A stretch of 32,000 bases of DNA. It comes from Verrucomicrobiota bacterium (GTDB taxonomy: Bacteria; Verrucomicrobiota; Verrucomicrobiia; Chthoniobacterales; UBA6821). This document shows, in pieces, positions 10,416 to 21,079 of the stretch. The stretch is from positions 22,567 to 54,566 of the forward strand of contig WBXG01000002.1 of NCBI GenBank assembly GCA_008932965.1, in the 5' to 3' direction. The position numbers and the translations under genes were made by a program. The notes below the pieces were generated by a model. That model was not told the origin of the DNA. It searched no databases and saw nothing but the letters and a program-made list of their open reading frames with translations. The stretch's first letter is position 1. Each line of letters begins with the position of its first letter.

Positions 10416-10468
10416 TTTATCAGAGAAGGGTTGAGATTGTACAATGCGTCACTTCATCTTTGGATTCT

Positions 10469-11377
10469 CTAACCTTCCCTAACAATGAGCCCTTGCAATA
10501 TAAAATAAAAAATCGGAGCGGTAAAAAGAACGCTGTCGATTAAATCAAGTCCTCCGCCAATCCCTGGCAAGGTATTACTGGAGTCTTTTGTCTGTAGCGT
10601 GCGCTTTAAAAGCGATTCTGCTAAATCACCTGCGATGGCTGCAATGCCTAGAATTAAAGAAATGATGACAACACTCAGGGGCTGCAAGAGGGGTAATTGT
10701 TTTTGAAAAAAGATAAAAAAGAGCCAGCCGCTTAGTAATCCAAAAAAAAGAGCTCCAATGCATCCCTCCAGTGTTTTTGTAGAGCTGACATGCACAAAAA
10801 AAGGATGGCGCCCCAACAAGCTTCCACAGACAAAAGCACCAACATCAGTGAATTTTGTGACGACTAAAAGGAAGAGAACATAATATTGTCCAGTGAGAAG
10901 CCCATTAGCATTATGGGGGGTGAGGTAGATGATTTTTGAAACAAAAGAAAAGAGCCACGGGATATATACAATTCCAAGAAGGGTGAAGGCAATAGCATCT
11001 GCAGCTTCTCGTTCTAGTTTTAAAGAAAAGAGAGTTTTGGCAAAAAGAGTGAGTATTAAAAGAACCAGAAGCAGCGCCTCAAAAATAAAAATGGCTCCTC
11101 CTCCGTTCACCAATGGGCCTCCAAAATGGGGATTACGGAGCAGCCAAAAATTTCCTAAGAGCAAGATGATGCCTGAAAAATAACCGAGGCGCCAATGACG
11201 GGGAATCAACGCTACCCTCAAAAGCCAGAAGTACTCCCAGAGCGATCCGAGTGCTGCAGCAGCAATGAGGATAGAATAACCATTTTCTGATTGTGTGACA
11301 ATGGTTGCAATAATGAGCATCCAGAGCGTCACTGTGCTTAGCAAGCGAGGAACCAGGGATGTAGGAAGGGGCTTCAT
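10469..11377 (-). CDS. cdsA: Phosphatidate cytidylyltransferase (CDP-diglyceride synthase)
   Basis: Polytopic membrane ORF with the C-terminal CdsA signature GDLAESLLKRTLQTKDSSNTLPGIGGGLDLIDSVLF. The track start at 11410 is TTG, so I prefer ATG 11377 (MKPLPTS). Confidence 0.85.
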   Translation of the reverse strand: MKPLPTSLVPRLLSTVTLWMLIIATIVTQSENGYSILIAAAALGSLWEYFWLLRVALIPRHWRLGYFSGIILLLGNFWLLRNPHFGGPLVNGGGAIFIFEALLLVLLILTLFAKTLFSLKLEREAADAIAFTLLGIVYIPWLFSFVSKIIYLTPHNANGLLTGQYYVLFLLVVTKFTDVGAFVCGSLLGRHPFFVHVSSTKTLEGCIGALFFGLLSGWLFFIFFQKQLPLLQPLSVVIISLILGIAAIAGDLAESLLKRTLQTKDSSNTLPGIGGGLDLIDSVLFTAPIFYFILQGLIVREG

Positions 11378-11483
11378 GAAGCTCGAGACTCTAGCGTGAG
11401 TTCTTACCAAAGGGAATCATTTTGATGTCAAAAGACTCGATTCATAGGTGGGAGCACTCCGATTTCCTTCGCCTGTCTTGTAC

Positions 11484-11786
11484 TAACCCGCATATTTCAT
11501 ACCGATTCTGCTGCGGCTTGCGAACACCTGATGGATACTGCGTCAGCCTCGAATTGCTCCTTGGGCAGTATGAAACATACAGCCGTCGTTGCAATCCATC
11601 ATCTTCGTTGACTCGCTCGCTCCCGCTCGTCTCGCCCTTACAGGGCAGTCTCCACCCTGGTCTTCCGAGCGCCGGTGGTGTCTGCATCAGGATTCGCGGC
11701 GCCTCGCGACGAACCAGTATGAAATATGCGGGCTAATGAGCTTTGGACAGCACCTCATAACACTTCAGTATGAAATATGCGTGCTA
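11484..11786. repeat. Intergenic mosaic repeat element 5 (composite: module B, module C, two module A ends)
   Basis: Termini lie at 11484-11504 (R, 2 mismatches), 11715-11735 (F, exact) and 11766-11786 (F, 1 mismatch). The internal variant lies at 11566-11584. 11484-11595 matches 2657-2770, and 11608-11690 matches 13379-13480. Confidence 0.85.
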
Positions 11787-11971
11787 AAATAGTTGGTCTT
11801 GACACGCTCCTCTCATTGTGGTAGCTCAAACTTCTCCTCAAGGACTCAAGAGTTGTGAGTGATGCTTGCTTTCAGCTTTCATTTCTTTAGAATCTCAGTT
11901 CACTGATCCGGGTCTTTTAAACTGATGTACCAAGAGGTGCTGCGAACCCTGATGCAGACAAGGATGGCGGT

Positions 11972-12085
11972 GATCTTCAACGGTAGCTGTATATTTCATG
12001 CTGCCCGAGGAGAAGTTCGAGCCTTACTCTGTATCTATCAGGGTGTTGCAATTCGTCACAGGATCAGTATAAAATATGCAGGCTA
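11972..12085. repeat. Intergenic mosaic repeat element 6 (diverged inverted module B)
   Basis: The reverse complement aligns along its length with 2657-2770. The internal variant gctgtatatttcatgctg lies at 11986-12003. The terminus cagtataaaatatgcaggcta lies at 12065-12085 (2 mismatches). Confidence 0.75.
12046..12075 (+). promoter_or_regulatory. Sigma70-like promoter for recA, located inside repeat element 6
   Basis: TTGCAA (12046-12051), a 16-nt spacer, then TATAAA (12068-12073), or TAAAAT (12070-12075) with an 18-nt spacer. It sits about 37 nt upstream of the recA ATG at 12113. Confidence 0.4.
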
Positions 12086-12112
12086 ACCCTCTTCCCAAAA
12101 ATAAAATATCTC

Positions 12113-13177
12113 ATGGCCAAAACTGAAGAAAATATTGCTACTACCGTCCTCAAACATTCTGGGCTCAGCGAAAAGGCTGTTGCGGCGCGGGCCAAAAATC
12201 TCGATCTTGCGATTCAGCAAATTGCTAAAGATTACGGAGATGGTGCTATCATGAGACTTGGAGCAGAAGGATCTAAAGGGATCTCTGTCATTCCCACTGG
12301 CAACCTTCTTATTGATAGAGCTCTTGGGGTGGGGGGATTTCCGAGGGGACGCATTATTGAAATCTATGGACCTGAGTCCTCAGGTAAAACAACACTCACA
12401 TTAAGTGTGATTGCTCAGGCTCAAAAAAGCGGTGGTCTTGCTGCTTTTATTGATGTGGAGCATGCCTTGGACCCTGCCTACTCACGTAAACTTGGAGTGA
12501 ATCTAGAAGATCTTCTTGTCTCCCAGCCAAGTTCTGGCGAAGAGGCGCTGCGTATTTGTGAAACACTTGTGCGTTCCAATGCACTTGATGTGGTTGTTCT
12601 TGACTCGGTTGCTGCTTTGGTAACCAAAACAGAGCTCGAAGGAGAGATTGGGGACTCTGTAGTGGGAGCTCAGGCCAGACTCATGAGTGCTGCGATGAGA
12701 AAACTTACTGCGTTCATCTCTAAGGCAGATACATGTGTCATATTTACTAATCAGATTCGTGAAAAAATTGGGGTCATGTTTGGAAATCCAGAAACAACTC
12801 CAGGTGGTAAAGCATTGAAGTTTTATTCAAGCGTGCGAATCGATATCCGCCGTATTGGGGCTATCAAAACAACCGACGGAACGGTGACTGGAAACCGAAC
12901 ACGTGTCAAAGTGGTCAAAAATAAAGTAGCTCCTCCTTTTACCGAAGCAGAGTTTGATATTATGTATAACGAAGGTATTTCCAATACTGGCTCCTTGCTC
13001 GACCTGGCACTTGAAAAAAATATTATTGAGAAGCGTGGCTCCTGGCTTAGCTACAAAGGGAATCAACTTGCTCAAGGTCGTGATGCTGCAAAAGTAGCAC
13101 TTAAAAGTGATGCGGCGCTGTATGCCGAAATTGAAGCTGCTGTAAAAGCTAGCCTAGAGGATGAAAAAAATAAATAA
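12113..13177 (+). CDS. recA: Recombinase RecA
   Basis: Contains [16 protein letters not shown] (Walker A), [57 protein letters not shown] and [12 protein letters not shown], which identify RecA unambiguously. Confidence 0.98.
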   Translation: MAKTEENIATTVLKHSGLSEKAVAARAKNLDLAIQQIAKDYGDGAIMRLGAEGSKGISVIPTGNLLIDRALGVGGFPRGRIIEIYGPESSGKTTLTLSVIAQAQKSGGLAAFIDVEHALDPAYSRKLGVNLEDLLVSQPSSGEEALRICETLVRSNALDVVVLDSVAALVTKTELEGEIGDSVVGAQARLMSAAMRKLTAFISKADTCVIFTNQIREKIGVMFGNPETTPGGKALKFYSSVRIDIRRIGAIKTTDGTVTGNRTRVKVVKNKVAPPFTEAEFDIMYNEGISNTGSLLDLALEKNIIEKRGSWLSYKGNQLAQGRDAAKVALKSDAALYAEIEAAVKASLEDEKNK

Positions 13178-13247
13178 CGCCTATGGAGCAGCTCCATCTC
13201 AATTCCAGAGTTGAGAATAGAGCCTTTTAAAAAGAGTGAGTACTGTG

Positions 13248-13522
13248 GCCGGGCTGTGTCACTTCCGCGTCAATCCAGTGCTCACCTCCTCTGGTATCTT
13301 TCACGCAGTGTACCCAAACTCGAAGTATTCTTCGGGCAGTAGGGACTCATACAGCAGTCGTCAGAATACGTGCCTGCGTTGACTCGCTCGCTCCCGCTCG
13401 TCTCGCCCTTTCAGGGCAGCCTAAAGGCAGGGCAGCCTCCCCCCGCGCTCTCCAGACCGCCGGTAGTGCCTCATCAGCCTTTGCCGTCTCCTCGTTACGA
13501 TCAGTATGAAATATGCGGGTTA
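13248..13522. repeat. Intergenic mosaic repeat element 7 (module B relic plus module C); left end degenerate
   Basis: The terminus cagtatgaaatatgcgggtta lies at 13502-13522 (1 mismatch). 13379-13419 is identical to 11608-11648 except for 1 nt. 13300-13375 aligns with the 3' half of module B. The left boundary is approximate. Confidence 0.75.
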
Positions 13523-13616
13523 AGAAAAAATTATAGTGCTTCTCAAGGGCGATTCTTAATTTCCTAAACCATTATTACAGAATAATTGCAAAAGGGATTT
13601 TTAATCGATTCTGATT

Positions 13617-14474
13617 CTATAAAAAATTGGGAATGAAACTTCGGAGCAATTTCATGGCAACGACATCTTCGACTAAATCCTTCCCTTTTGGTGTTTCTAA
13701 AATCTTAGGAATAGGGGCAAGTTCTTCTGCCTGCATGATCCAGCGAAATGCTTCTAATCCTATTTTTCCTTGGCCTAGATTATCATGGCGATCAACGCGA
13801 GAACCAAGGGAGGCCTTGGATTCGTTGATATGCAATACACAGAGTTGATGAAGGCCGACGATACGATCGAACTCATGAAAGACCTTTTCTGCACCCTGCG
13901 GGCTTGAAAGGTCATAGCCAGCTGCAAACACATGAGCTGTGTCAAGGCAAATACGAAGCCGATCCGGGGAGGAAACTTGTTCTAAAATAGAGGCAAGTTC
14001 CTTGAAAGAAGAACCGAGGCAGCTCCCTTGTCCAGCAGTAGTTTCAAGTGCAATGCGCACCTGAAGATTGGGATGGTCAGCATGAATCTGGTTAAGGCTT
14101 TCCACCACACAACGAATCCCATGAGCAGCTCCAGCGCCAAGATGGGACCCAGGATGAAGAACTAAAAAAGGAATGTGGAGTTGTTCACAACGAATCAATT
14201 CCTGCGCCAGGGATAACAATGATTTTTCATGATTTATTGTTTTCTCAACACCAAGATTAATAAGATATCCAGCATGGGCAACTATAGCTCCAAGCTTGTT
14301 GTGAAGGGGGTGCTGGGTGAATGCAGTCGCTTCGGCTTCCGTAAATGGTGTTGCATGCCACTGCATATTATTTTTTACAAAAATTTGCATTGCCGTGCAC
14401 CCGATATGAACCGCTCTTTCAATCGCATTGCTAGGGCCGCCTTGAGTAGAAATGTGAGAACCGAGTAAAAGCAT
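13617..14474 (-). CDS. nfo: Deoxyribonuclease IV (endonuclease IV)
   Basis: Contains LLGSHISTQGG, IFVKNNMQW, HAGYLINLG, VLHPGSH, LETTAGQGSCLG, ICLDTAHVFAAGYD and VLHINESKASLGSRVDRHDNLGQGKIG, the metal-ligand motifs of Nfo. I start at ATG 14474 (MLLLGSHIS) rather than the TTG at 14501. Confidence 0.9.
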   Translation of the reverse strand: MLLLGSHISTQGGPSNAIERAVHIGCTAMQIFVKNNMQWHATPFTEAEATAFTQHPLHNKLGAIVAHAGYLINLGVEKTINHEKSLLSLAQELIRCEQLHIPFLVLHPGSHLGAGAAHGIRCVVESLNQIHADHPNLQVRIALETTAGQGSCLGSSFKELASILEQVSSPDRLRICLDTAHVFAAGYDLSSPQGAEKVFHEFDRIVGLHQLCVLHINESKASLGSRVDRHDNLGQGKIGLEAFRWIMQAEELAPIPKILETPKGKDLVEDVVAMKLLRSFIPNFL

Positions 14475-14558
14475 GAATGAGGAATTAAATAAGAAGTTCA
14501 AAGATGTTCGGTTTCAGTATTGCTACAACAAATTTTTTCCAAAAAAATGAATTTCTTC

Positions 14559-14586
14559 TTGCACTTGTTTGCATTTCCACTACATT
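14559..14586 (+). promoter_or_regulatory. Candidate sigma70-like promoter of the ribosomal protein cluster
   Basis: TTGCAC (14559-14564), a 16-nt spacer, then TACATT (14581-14586). This would leave a ~100-nt leader before the rpsL ATG at 14695. Confidence 0.35.
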
Positions 14587-14694
14587 CACCCCTCACGGTC
14601 TTCCCAAAGCCTCCTAGTACACATGATTTCATGTCTCTGGGATTCTCTAAAATGCCCTTTAATGAGAGAGGAGGCGAAGCCCCTAATTAACATT

Positions 14695-15105
14695 ATGCCG
14701 ACAATCAATCAACTCGTACGAAAAGGACGCCGCAAGGTATTGGTGAAATCAAAATCACCAGCCCTAGTGAATTGTCCGCAACGTCGTGGCGTCTGTGTTC
14801 AAGTCATGACTCGTACGCCCAAAAAACCGAACTCCGCATTGCGCAAAGTTGCTAAGGTTCGCCTCACAAACGGGCAGGAAGTAATTGCTTATATTCCTGG
14901 AGAGGGACATAACCTGCAAGAACACTCGATCGTTCTAGTGCGCGGGGGACGTGTTAAGGATCTTCCTGGAGTTCGATATCACATCGTACGTGGAACACTT
15001 GATAGTCTTGGGGTAGATGGTCGTCGTCGCAGTCGTTCCAAATACGGTGCAAAACGTCCCAAAGCCGGAGAAGAAGCAAAAGCGACTGGTAAGAAGAAAA
15101 AGTAA
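14695..15105 (+). CDS. rpsL: 30S ribosomal protein S12
   Basis: [14 protein letters not shown]...[22 protein letters not shown]...[20 protein letters not shown] start at ATG 14695, not the upstream alternative start at 14569. Confidence 0.97.
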   Translation: MPTINQLVRKGRRKVLVKSKSPALVNCPQRRGVCVQVMTRTPKKPNSALRKVAKVRLTNGQEVIAYIPGEGHNLQEHSIVLVRGGRVKDLPGVRYHIVRGTLDSLGVDGRRRSRSKYGAKRPKAGEEAKATGKKKK

Positions 15106-15220
15106 TACCAAGTCAGTAAATTTCGATTAAATAATCATCAAAGTTAACATAAAACTCCGATTTTGTACGGAATAAATATTCTCACATTCGTTCGTAACTA
15201 ACCTGTAACCCTGAAATACC

Positions 15221-15694
15221 ATGTCCCGCCGCAAACGCGTCATTCATAAAGAAGTCAAACGTGATCTTCGCTATGCCAATCCTTTGGTAGCGCGTCTTAT
15301 TACTTCGGTGATGCGTGAAGGCAAGCGCTCGATCGCAGAAAAAATTGTCTACACGGCCATCGAAACGACACGTTCAGTCAGCGATGTCATCGATCCTCTC
15401 GATGTGCTCCAAAAAGCAATTGAAAATATTCGCCCTCGTCTCGAGGTAAAAAGCCGACGGGTTGGAGGTGCAACCTATCAAGTGCCAATGGAAGTACCGA
15501 TGGATCGCTCATTGGCTCTAGCAATGCGCTGGATCGTAGGTTTTGCTCAAAAGCGAAAAGGAGTTCCCATGGCTAAAGCTCTTGCTAACGAACTCAAAGA
15601 TGCTCACGCGGGACAAGGTGCAGCTATCAAAAAAAGAGATGATCTTCACAAGATGGCCCAAGCTAATCGGGCATTTGCTCACTTTCGTTGGTAA
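15221..15694 (+). CDS. rpsG: 30S ribosomal protein S7
   Basis: MSRRKRV...[23 protein letters not shown]...[14 protein letters not shown]...[10 protein letters not shown]. Confidence 0.97.
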   Translation: MSRRKRVIHKEVKRDLRYANPLVARLITSVMREGKRSIAEKIVYTAIETTRSVSDVIDPLDVLQKAIENIRPRLEVKSRRVGGATYQVPMEVPMDRSLALAMRWIVGFAQKRKGVPMAKALANELKDAHAGQGAAIKKRDDLHKMAQANRAFAHFRW

Positions 15695-15747
15695 TAAAAA
15701 TATTATTATTAAGTACCGTTCCTTCTTTTTCCGCATTTTATTCTACC

Positions 15748-17907
15748 ATGGCCGTTGTAAAAATTGATACCTCTAATCCGAATTCTCCGGATCGCGCTTT
15801 CCCATTGGAAAGAACGCGTAATATTGGTATTTGTGCCCACATTGATGCAGGGAAGACAACACTTACCGAACGTGTCCTTTTCTATACAGGAATGATTCAC
15901 AAAATCGGAGAAGTTCATGAGGGAACTACTGTCACCGATTGGATGGAGCAAGAACGCGAGCGCGGTATAACCATTACCTCTGCTGCGACAACATGTAGCT
16001 GGAAGCAGCGTGTTGAAAAAGACATTGTAAAACTTTACCAAGGAATCGAGCAACGGGTTAATATTATTGATACTCCTGGGCACGTCGATTTTACAGCAGA
16101 AGTAGAGCGCTCTCTACGAGTCCTAGATGGTGCTATTGCTGTATTCTGTGGAGTTGCTGGAGTCCAGCCTCAATCCGAAACAGTATGGCGCCAAGCAAAC
16201 AAATATGGCGTCCCTCGTATTGCTTTCGTCAATAAAATGGATCGGACGGGTGCTAATTTTGATAATGCTGTTAATGACATGCGTGTCAAGCTAGGGGCCA
16301 ATGCTTGGCCGATTCTTATTCCTATTGGGTCTGAAGATAACCTCCGTGGTCAAATTGACGTTGTGAATCAAAAAGCAGTCTTCTACGACGATGATAGTAG
16401 CATGGGCTCAACCTATCGCATTGATGAAATTCCTGAAGAATGTCGTGAGTTAGCTCAGTCTGCCTACCAAGATCTAGTCAATCAGATGATGGATCTCGAT
16501 GAAGAAGTTGGAAATCTCTTCCTAGAGGAAAAGCCGGTCTCAAAAGAAGAATTGAAAAAAGCGATTCGTCGCCAAACTATCATTAATCGCTTTGTTCCTG
16601 TAGCTGGTGGTTCAGCGTTCAAAAACAAGGGAGTGCAATACCTCGTTGATGCTGTTGTTGACTACCTTCCGAGCCCTATTGATATTGAAGCGGCTCGAGG
16701 ACAGGATCCTGATACAGGAAAGGAAAAATTAGCTGAAACAAGTGATCATGCCCCATTTTGTTCCCTTGCTTTTAAACTTTGGAGCGATCCTTTTGTAGGA
16801 AAACTTGTTTTCTTCCGAGTCTACTCCGGAAAATTAAGTAAAGGAGATACAGTTTACAATCCTCGCACTAACAAACGGGAGCGTATCAGTCGTCTGATTC
16901 AAATTCAGGCGGATAAAAGACAGGATATTGATACCTGCTATTCTGGTGATATCGCAGCTATTGTTGGAATCCGTAATATTACTACAGGTGATACACTTTG
17001 TAATGAAGATCATACGATTTTGCTCGAGCCACCATCGTTCCCTGATCCAGTTATTTCTATGTCCATTGAGCCTAAGACAAAAGCAGATCAGGAAAAAATG
17101 GGCAATGCACTTCAGCGACTTGCGGAAGAAGATCCGACCTTCTGTGTCTTTACTAATGAAGATACTGGTCAAACCATTATTGCAGGAATGGGAGAGCTCC
17201 ACCTTGAAATCATCAGAGATCGTATGCTGCGTGAGTTCAAGGTTGATGCTGCCTCTGGAAAGCCTCAAATTGCCTACAAAGAGACGACACTAATGCCAGC
17301 TGATGGTGAAGGGAAGCTTGTCAAGCAGTCCGGAGGACGAGGTCAATACGGACATGTTGTTGTAAAAACTGCTCCCAATGAGCGTGGAAAAGGAATCACA
17401 ATTGAAAATAAAGTTGTCGGGGGAGCTATTCCAAAAGAATTTATACCAGCTGTTATTAAAGGCCTTAACGAAGCGACACTTAATGGAGTTGTCGGAGGTT
17501 ATCCAGTAATTGACCTTCATGTCGATATTATTGACGGATCCTACCACGATGTTGACTCCAATGAACTAGCCTTTAAAATGGCCGCTATTTTTGCACTTAA
17601 AGATGCTATGAAGAAAGCAAAAGCGATCCTTCTGGAGCCTATCATGAAAGTCGAGGCAATCACTCCTGAAGAATATCAAGGAGATATTATGGGTGATTTG
17701 AATCGTCGACGTGGAAAAATAATCTCAATAGAAACAAAAAGTATTAGCACAAGCGTTAACGCGGAGGTACCATTAGCAGAAATGTTTGGCTATGCAACAG
17801 CCATTCGCTCTCTTTCAAAAGGACGTGCAGCTTACTCCATGGAACCCTCCCATTTTGAACAGGTCCCTGCCCAAGTCTTGGCAGCAGTTCTGGATCAGAA
17901 AAGTTAA
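15748..17907 (+). CDS. fusA: Elongation factor G
   Basis: [57 protein letters not shown] and domains II-V are all present. I start at ATG 15748 (MAVVKID); the track start at 15688 overlaps the rpsG end. Confidence 0.97.
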   Translation: MAVVKIDTSNPNSPDRAFPLERTRNIGICAHIDAGKTTLTERVLFYTGMIHKIGEVHEGTTVTDWMEQERERGITITSAATTCSWKQRVEKDIVKLYQGIEQRVNIIDTPGHVDFTAEVERSLRVLDGAIAVFCGVAGVQPQSETVWRQANKYGVPRIAFVNKMDRTGANFDNAVNDMRVKLGANAWPILIPIGSEDNLRGQIDVVNQKAVFYDDDSSMGSTYRIDEIPEECRELAQSAYQDLVNQMMDLDEEVGNLFLEEKPVSKEELKKAIRRQTIINRFVPVAGGSAFKNKGVQYLVDAVVDYLPSPIDIEAARGQDPDTGKEKLAETSDHAPFCSLAFKLWSDPFVGKLVFFRVYSGKLSKGDTVYNPRTNKRERISRLIQIQADKRQDIDTCYSGDIAAIVGIRNITTGDTLCNEDHTILLEPPSFPDPVISMSIEPKTKADQEKMGNALQRLAEEDPTFCVFTNEDTGQTIIAGMGELHLEIIRDRMLREFKVDAASGKPQIAYKETTLMPADGEGKLVKQSGGRGQYGHVVVKTAPNERGKGITIENKVVGGAIPKEFIPAVIKGLNEATLNGVVGGYPVIDLHVDIIDGSYHDVDSNELAFKMAAIFALKDAMKKAKAILLEPIMKVEAITPEEYQGDIMGDLNRRRGKIISIETKSISTSVNAEVPLAEMFGYATAIRSLSKGRAAYSMEPSHFEQVPAQVLAAVLDQKS

Positions 17908-17942
17908 CCAACGTACACTTCAACTTTACAACTCAACTTTAC

Positions 17943-18254
17943 ATGGCCGCTGAACAACGCATACGCATTCGACTAAAAGGTTTTGATTTTCGCCTTCTTG
18001 ATATTTCTGCATTGGAAATTGTTGAGACTGCAAAACGGACTGGATCCAAGGTTGCAGGACCAATTCCTCTACCTACACATATTGAGAAGTTCACGGTCAA
18101 CCGTTCGCCCCACGTCGATAAAAAATCGATGGATCAGTTCGAAATTAGAACTCACAAACGTCTTTTAGATATTCTAGAACCAACAGCAAAAACAGTTGAT
18201 GAACTTAGGAAGCTCAATTTGCCTGCAGGTGTTGATATCTCCATTAAAATCTAA
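17943..18254 (+). CDS. rpsJ: 30S ribosomal protein S10
   Basis: [15 protein letters not shown]...GPIPLPT...[25 protein letters not shown]. Confidence 0.97.
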   Translation: MAAEQRIRIRLKGFDFRLLDISALEIVETAKRTGSKVAGPIPLPTHIEKFTVNRSPHVDKKSMDQFEIRTHKRLLDILEPTAKTVDELRKLNLPAGVDISIKI

Positions 18255-18299
18255 AAAATTTTCCTTTAAATTGCACTCTACTCAATCGCTATAAATTTT

Positions 18300-18971
18300 A
18301 TGCCACTCGGAATTCTTGGAAAAAAAATTGGAATGACTCGTGTCTATGATGACAAAGGACATGTTCATGCCGTTACCGTATTAGAGGTTAAAGGAAATAC
18401 TATTCTTCAAGTTAAGACTCTAGAAAAAGAAGGTTACAGCGCAGTGCAATTAGGGTTTGATCAGCAAAAAGAACAGCGCGTCACCAAAGCCCAGCTGGGT
18501 CATTTTAAAAAAGCAGGGTCATCTCCTAAACGCTTTCTTAAAGAATTTCGCCTTAATCCCAATGAAGCCGCTCCTGAGCTTGGCGAATGGGGAATTTCAA
18601 ATCTAAAAGTAGGACAATTTGTCGATATTATCGCAACTTCCAAAGGAAAGGGATTTCAAGGTGTTGTGAGGCGCTTTAAGTTTGCTGGACAACCTGAAAC
18701 TCATGGATCGATGATGCATCGACGTAATGGTGCTATTGGAAATCGCCTTACACCTGGTCGAGTTTGGAAAAATATGGGAATGCCAGGTCACATGGGATCT
18801 GATCGTATTACTACTCAAAATCTTAAAATCATACAACTACGGGAAAACGACGGAGTCATTCTGATTAGTGGTGCCGTTCCAGGCGCTAAGGGAACCTACG
18901 TTATGGTTCGCCCTTCCAAGAAAAAAGTAGCTCAAAATGCTAAGCTAGAAGCTGCTACCAAATTGAGCTAA
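18300..18971 (+). CDS. rplC: 50S ribosomal protein L3
   Basis: GILGKKIGMTRVYD...TSKGKGFQGVVRRFKFAGQPETHGS...GRVWKNMGMPGHMG. Confidence 0.97.
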   Translation: MPLGILGKKIGMTRVYDDKGHVHAVTVLEVKGNTILQVKTLEKEGYSAVQLGFDQQKEQRVTKAQLGHFKKAGSSPKRFLKEFRLNPNEAAPELGEWGISNLKVGQFVDIIATSKGKGFQGVVRRFKFAGQPETHGSMMHRRNGAIGNRLTPGRVWKNMGMPGHMGSDRITTQNLKIIQLRENDGVILISGAVPGAKGTYVMVRPSKKKVAQNAKLEAATKLS

Positions 18972-18994
18972 TTACCTCTAGATTCATTCCATAC

Positions 18995-19624
18995 ATGAAA
19001 TCAACTCTCCTTACTACCGATCTCGCCAAAAAAGCGAATATAGATATCATCACTTCTGGTAAAGGCACTCAAGCCGTCCACGATGTTGTCGTTGCCATGA
19101 GAGCAAACCGTCGTAGCGGTACTGCTTCTGTTAAAACAAAAGCAACCGTCAATCTTTCTGGCAAGAAACCATGGAAGCAAAAAGGAACTGGACGTGCCCG
19201 TGCAGGTTATGCTAGTTCCCCAGTATGGGTTGGTGGTGGTGTCTCACACGGGCCACATCCTCGCTCGTATGCAAAGAATGTTACCAAAGCAGTTAAAAAA
19301 CTAGCTTTCAGAAAAGCCTTGAGTGCACGTGTATTGACTGAGGACGTGCTCATTATAGAAGCATTTACAGTAGAGGCTCCGAAGACAAAAAATTTCATGG
19401 AACTTCTTGGAAAAATCCATGCTTTAGAAAGTGATTTTAGTTCACTTCCCACGACGCTCGTAATTTCAACTTCATTTTCTAAGAATACATTTCTAAGTGC
19501 TCGCAATGTTCATACAACCCTTTTAATGAGTGCTGATGAAGTGAATACAGAACAACTACTTGCTTTCGATAAGATTATTATTACTCAGGAAGGACTCACA
19601 GCATTAGGAAACCGTATCGCATAA
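18995..19624 (+). CDS. rplD: 50S ribosomal protein L4
   Basis: SGKKPWKQKGTGRARAGYASSPVWVGGGVSHGPHPRSY is the L4 loop signature. Confidence 0.95.
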   Translation: MKSTLLTTDLAKKANIDIITSGKGTQAVHDVVVAMRANRRSGTASVKTKATVNLSGKKPWKQKGTGRARAGYASSPVWVGGGVSHGPHPRSYAKNVTKAVKKLAFRKALSARVLTEDVLIIEAFTVEAPKTKNFMELLGKIHALESDFSSLPTTLVISTSFSKNTFLSARNVHTTLLMSADEVNTEQLLAFDKIIITQEGLTALGNRIA

Positions 19625-19630
19625 TATTTT

Positions 19631-19915
19631 ATGAAGGAAGCGTATCAACTCATTCAAAAAATTCACATCAGCGAAAAAGCAACTCTAGTTGCTGAAAAGC
19701 TGAATCAATATGTTTTCCGTGTTAGCCCGGACGTCAATAAGATTGAAATTAAAAACGCTATCGAGAGTCTTTTCAAAAAAAATGTTATAGCAGTTCGCAC
19801 AATGCAATACGCAGGAAAAAAGAAGAGAGAACGTCGTGCTGACTTTGGACGTCGTGCTCATTGGAAAAAAGCTATTGTTAGCTTAGCTCCTGGTGAAAAA
19901 ATTGACATTGCTTAA
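19631..19915 (+). CDS. rplW: 50S ribosomal protein L23
   Basis: 94-aa ORF in the canonical position between rplD and rplB, with ISEKAT...[22 protein letters not shown]. Confidence 0.93.
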   Translation: MKEAYQLIQKIHISEKATLVAEKLNQYVFRVSPDVNKIEIKNAIESLFKKNVIAVRTMQYAGKKKRERRADFGRRAHWKKAIVSLAPGEKIDIA

Positions 19916-19938
19916 TATTTATAGAAACTTTCAATACT

Positions 19939-20778
19939 ATGGCTCTCAAGACTTTTAGACCTCTTACACCTTCTCGACGGTTCATGGCTCTTCCTTCATT
20001 TGAAGAGATCACCAAGAGCAAACCAGAAAAATCGCTTTGTGAGATTAAACCTCGCACAGGAGGCCGCAACAACAGAGGCCGTAAGACCTCAAGACATCGT
20101 GGTGGAGGACATAAAAAACTCTACAGAATAATTGATTTTAAACGTTTCTACCGTGACGTCATAGGGGAAGTTTTATCCGTCGAGTATGATCCTAACCGTA
20201 CTGCACGCATCTGTCTGGTTCAATACCCAGATGGGACTAAAACCTATATTTTAGCACCCCATGGTATTACCGTAGGAACAAAGATTTCAGCCGGTGTTAA
20301 TGCAGAACCTTCCTTAGGAAATGCGCTCCCACTTAAAGCTATTCCACTCGGTTCCTCATTACATAACATAGAACTTACGCCTGGTCGTGGAGGTCAAATT
20401 GTCCGTAGTGCTGGATCTCAAGCAATCTTAAGCAATAGAGAGTCTGGTTATGCTCTCATAAAAATGGCATCAGGAGAACTTCGTCGAATTAATGAGGAAT
20501 GCTATGCAACTATTGGTCAGGTAAGCAATGTCGAGCATATGAATGTTTCTAGCGGAAAAGCTGGTCGCAGTCGTTGGCTTGGAGTTCGCCCTCAAACCCG
20601 TGGTATGGCAATGAATCCTGTTGACCATCCAATGGGTGGTGGACAAGGAAAAAGCAAAGGTGGAGGCGGACGTCATCACCCTATGAGTCCATGGGGTCAG
20701 CTCTCTAAAGGATTCAAAACCCGTTCGAAGCGTAAAGCTTCTGATCAATTTATCGTCCAACGTCGTAAAAAGAAATAA
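19939..20778 (+). CDS. rplB: 50S ribosomal protein L2
   Basis: [48 protein letters not shown] and [20 protein letters not shown]. Confidence 0.98.
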   Translation: MALKTFRPLTPSRRFMALPSFEEITKSKPEKSLCEIKPRTGGRNNRGRKTSRHRGGGHKKLYRIIDFKRFYRDVIGEVLSVEYDPNRTARICLVQYPDGTKTYILAPHGITVGTKISAGVNAEPSLGNALPLKAIPLGSSLHNIELTPGRGGQIVRSAGSQAILSNRESGYALIKMASGELRRINEECYATIGQVSNVEHMNVSSGKAGRSRWLGVRPQTRGMAMNPVDHPMGGGQGKSKGGGGRHHPMSPWGQLSKGFKTRSKRKASDQFIVQRRKKK

Positions 20779-20784
20779 TCTACC

Positions 20785-21063
20785 ATGGCTCGCTCACTAA
20801 AAAAAGGTCCCTTTGTTGAATGGAAGCTTCTCGAGAAAATCGATAAGCTCAATGAAGAAAATATGAAGAAACCAATTAAGACCTGGTCTCGTCGTTCGAC
20901 TATTGCTCCCGACTTTGTCGGACACACATTTAATGTTCATAATGGTCGCTCTTTTATTCCTGTTTTTGTAACAGAAAATATGGTCGGCCATAAATTAGGT
21001 GAATTCTCTCCCACACGAATCTTTAAAAAACATGGCTCTCATACAGCTAAGGTGACCAAGTAA
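20785..21063 (+). CDS. rpsS: 30S ribosomal protein S19
   Basis: [12 protein letters not shown]...[48 protein letters not shown]. Confidence 0.98.
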   Translation: MARSLKKGPFVEWKLLEKIDKLNEENMKKPIKTWSRRSTIAPDFVGHTFNVHNGRSFIPVFVTENMVGHKLGEFSPTRIFKKHGSHTAKVTK

Positions 21064-21079
21064 TTTTAGACTTTTTTTC

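Noticed and set aside
11799-11827. A perfect TTGACA -35 hexamer in the unique core upstream of recA.
   Set aside because: The best -10 candidate at 17-nt spacing is TAGCTC (2 of 6 matches). The support is too weak to call a promoter.
11925-12086. 53-codon ORF ([21 protein letters not shown]...ISIKYAG) upstream of recA.
   Set aside because: It has no ribosome-binding site. Two thirds of it is the translation of repeat element 6, and it ends in the repeat-derived KYAG string seen in other spurious ORFs.
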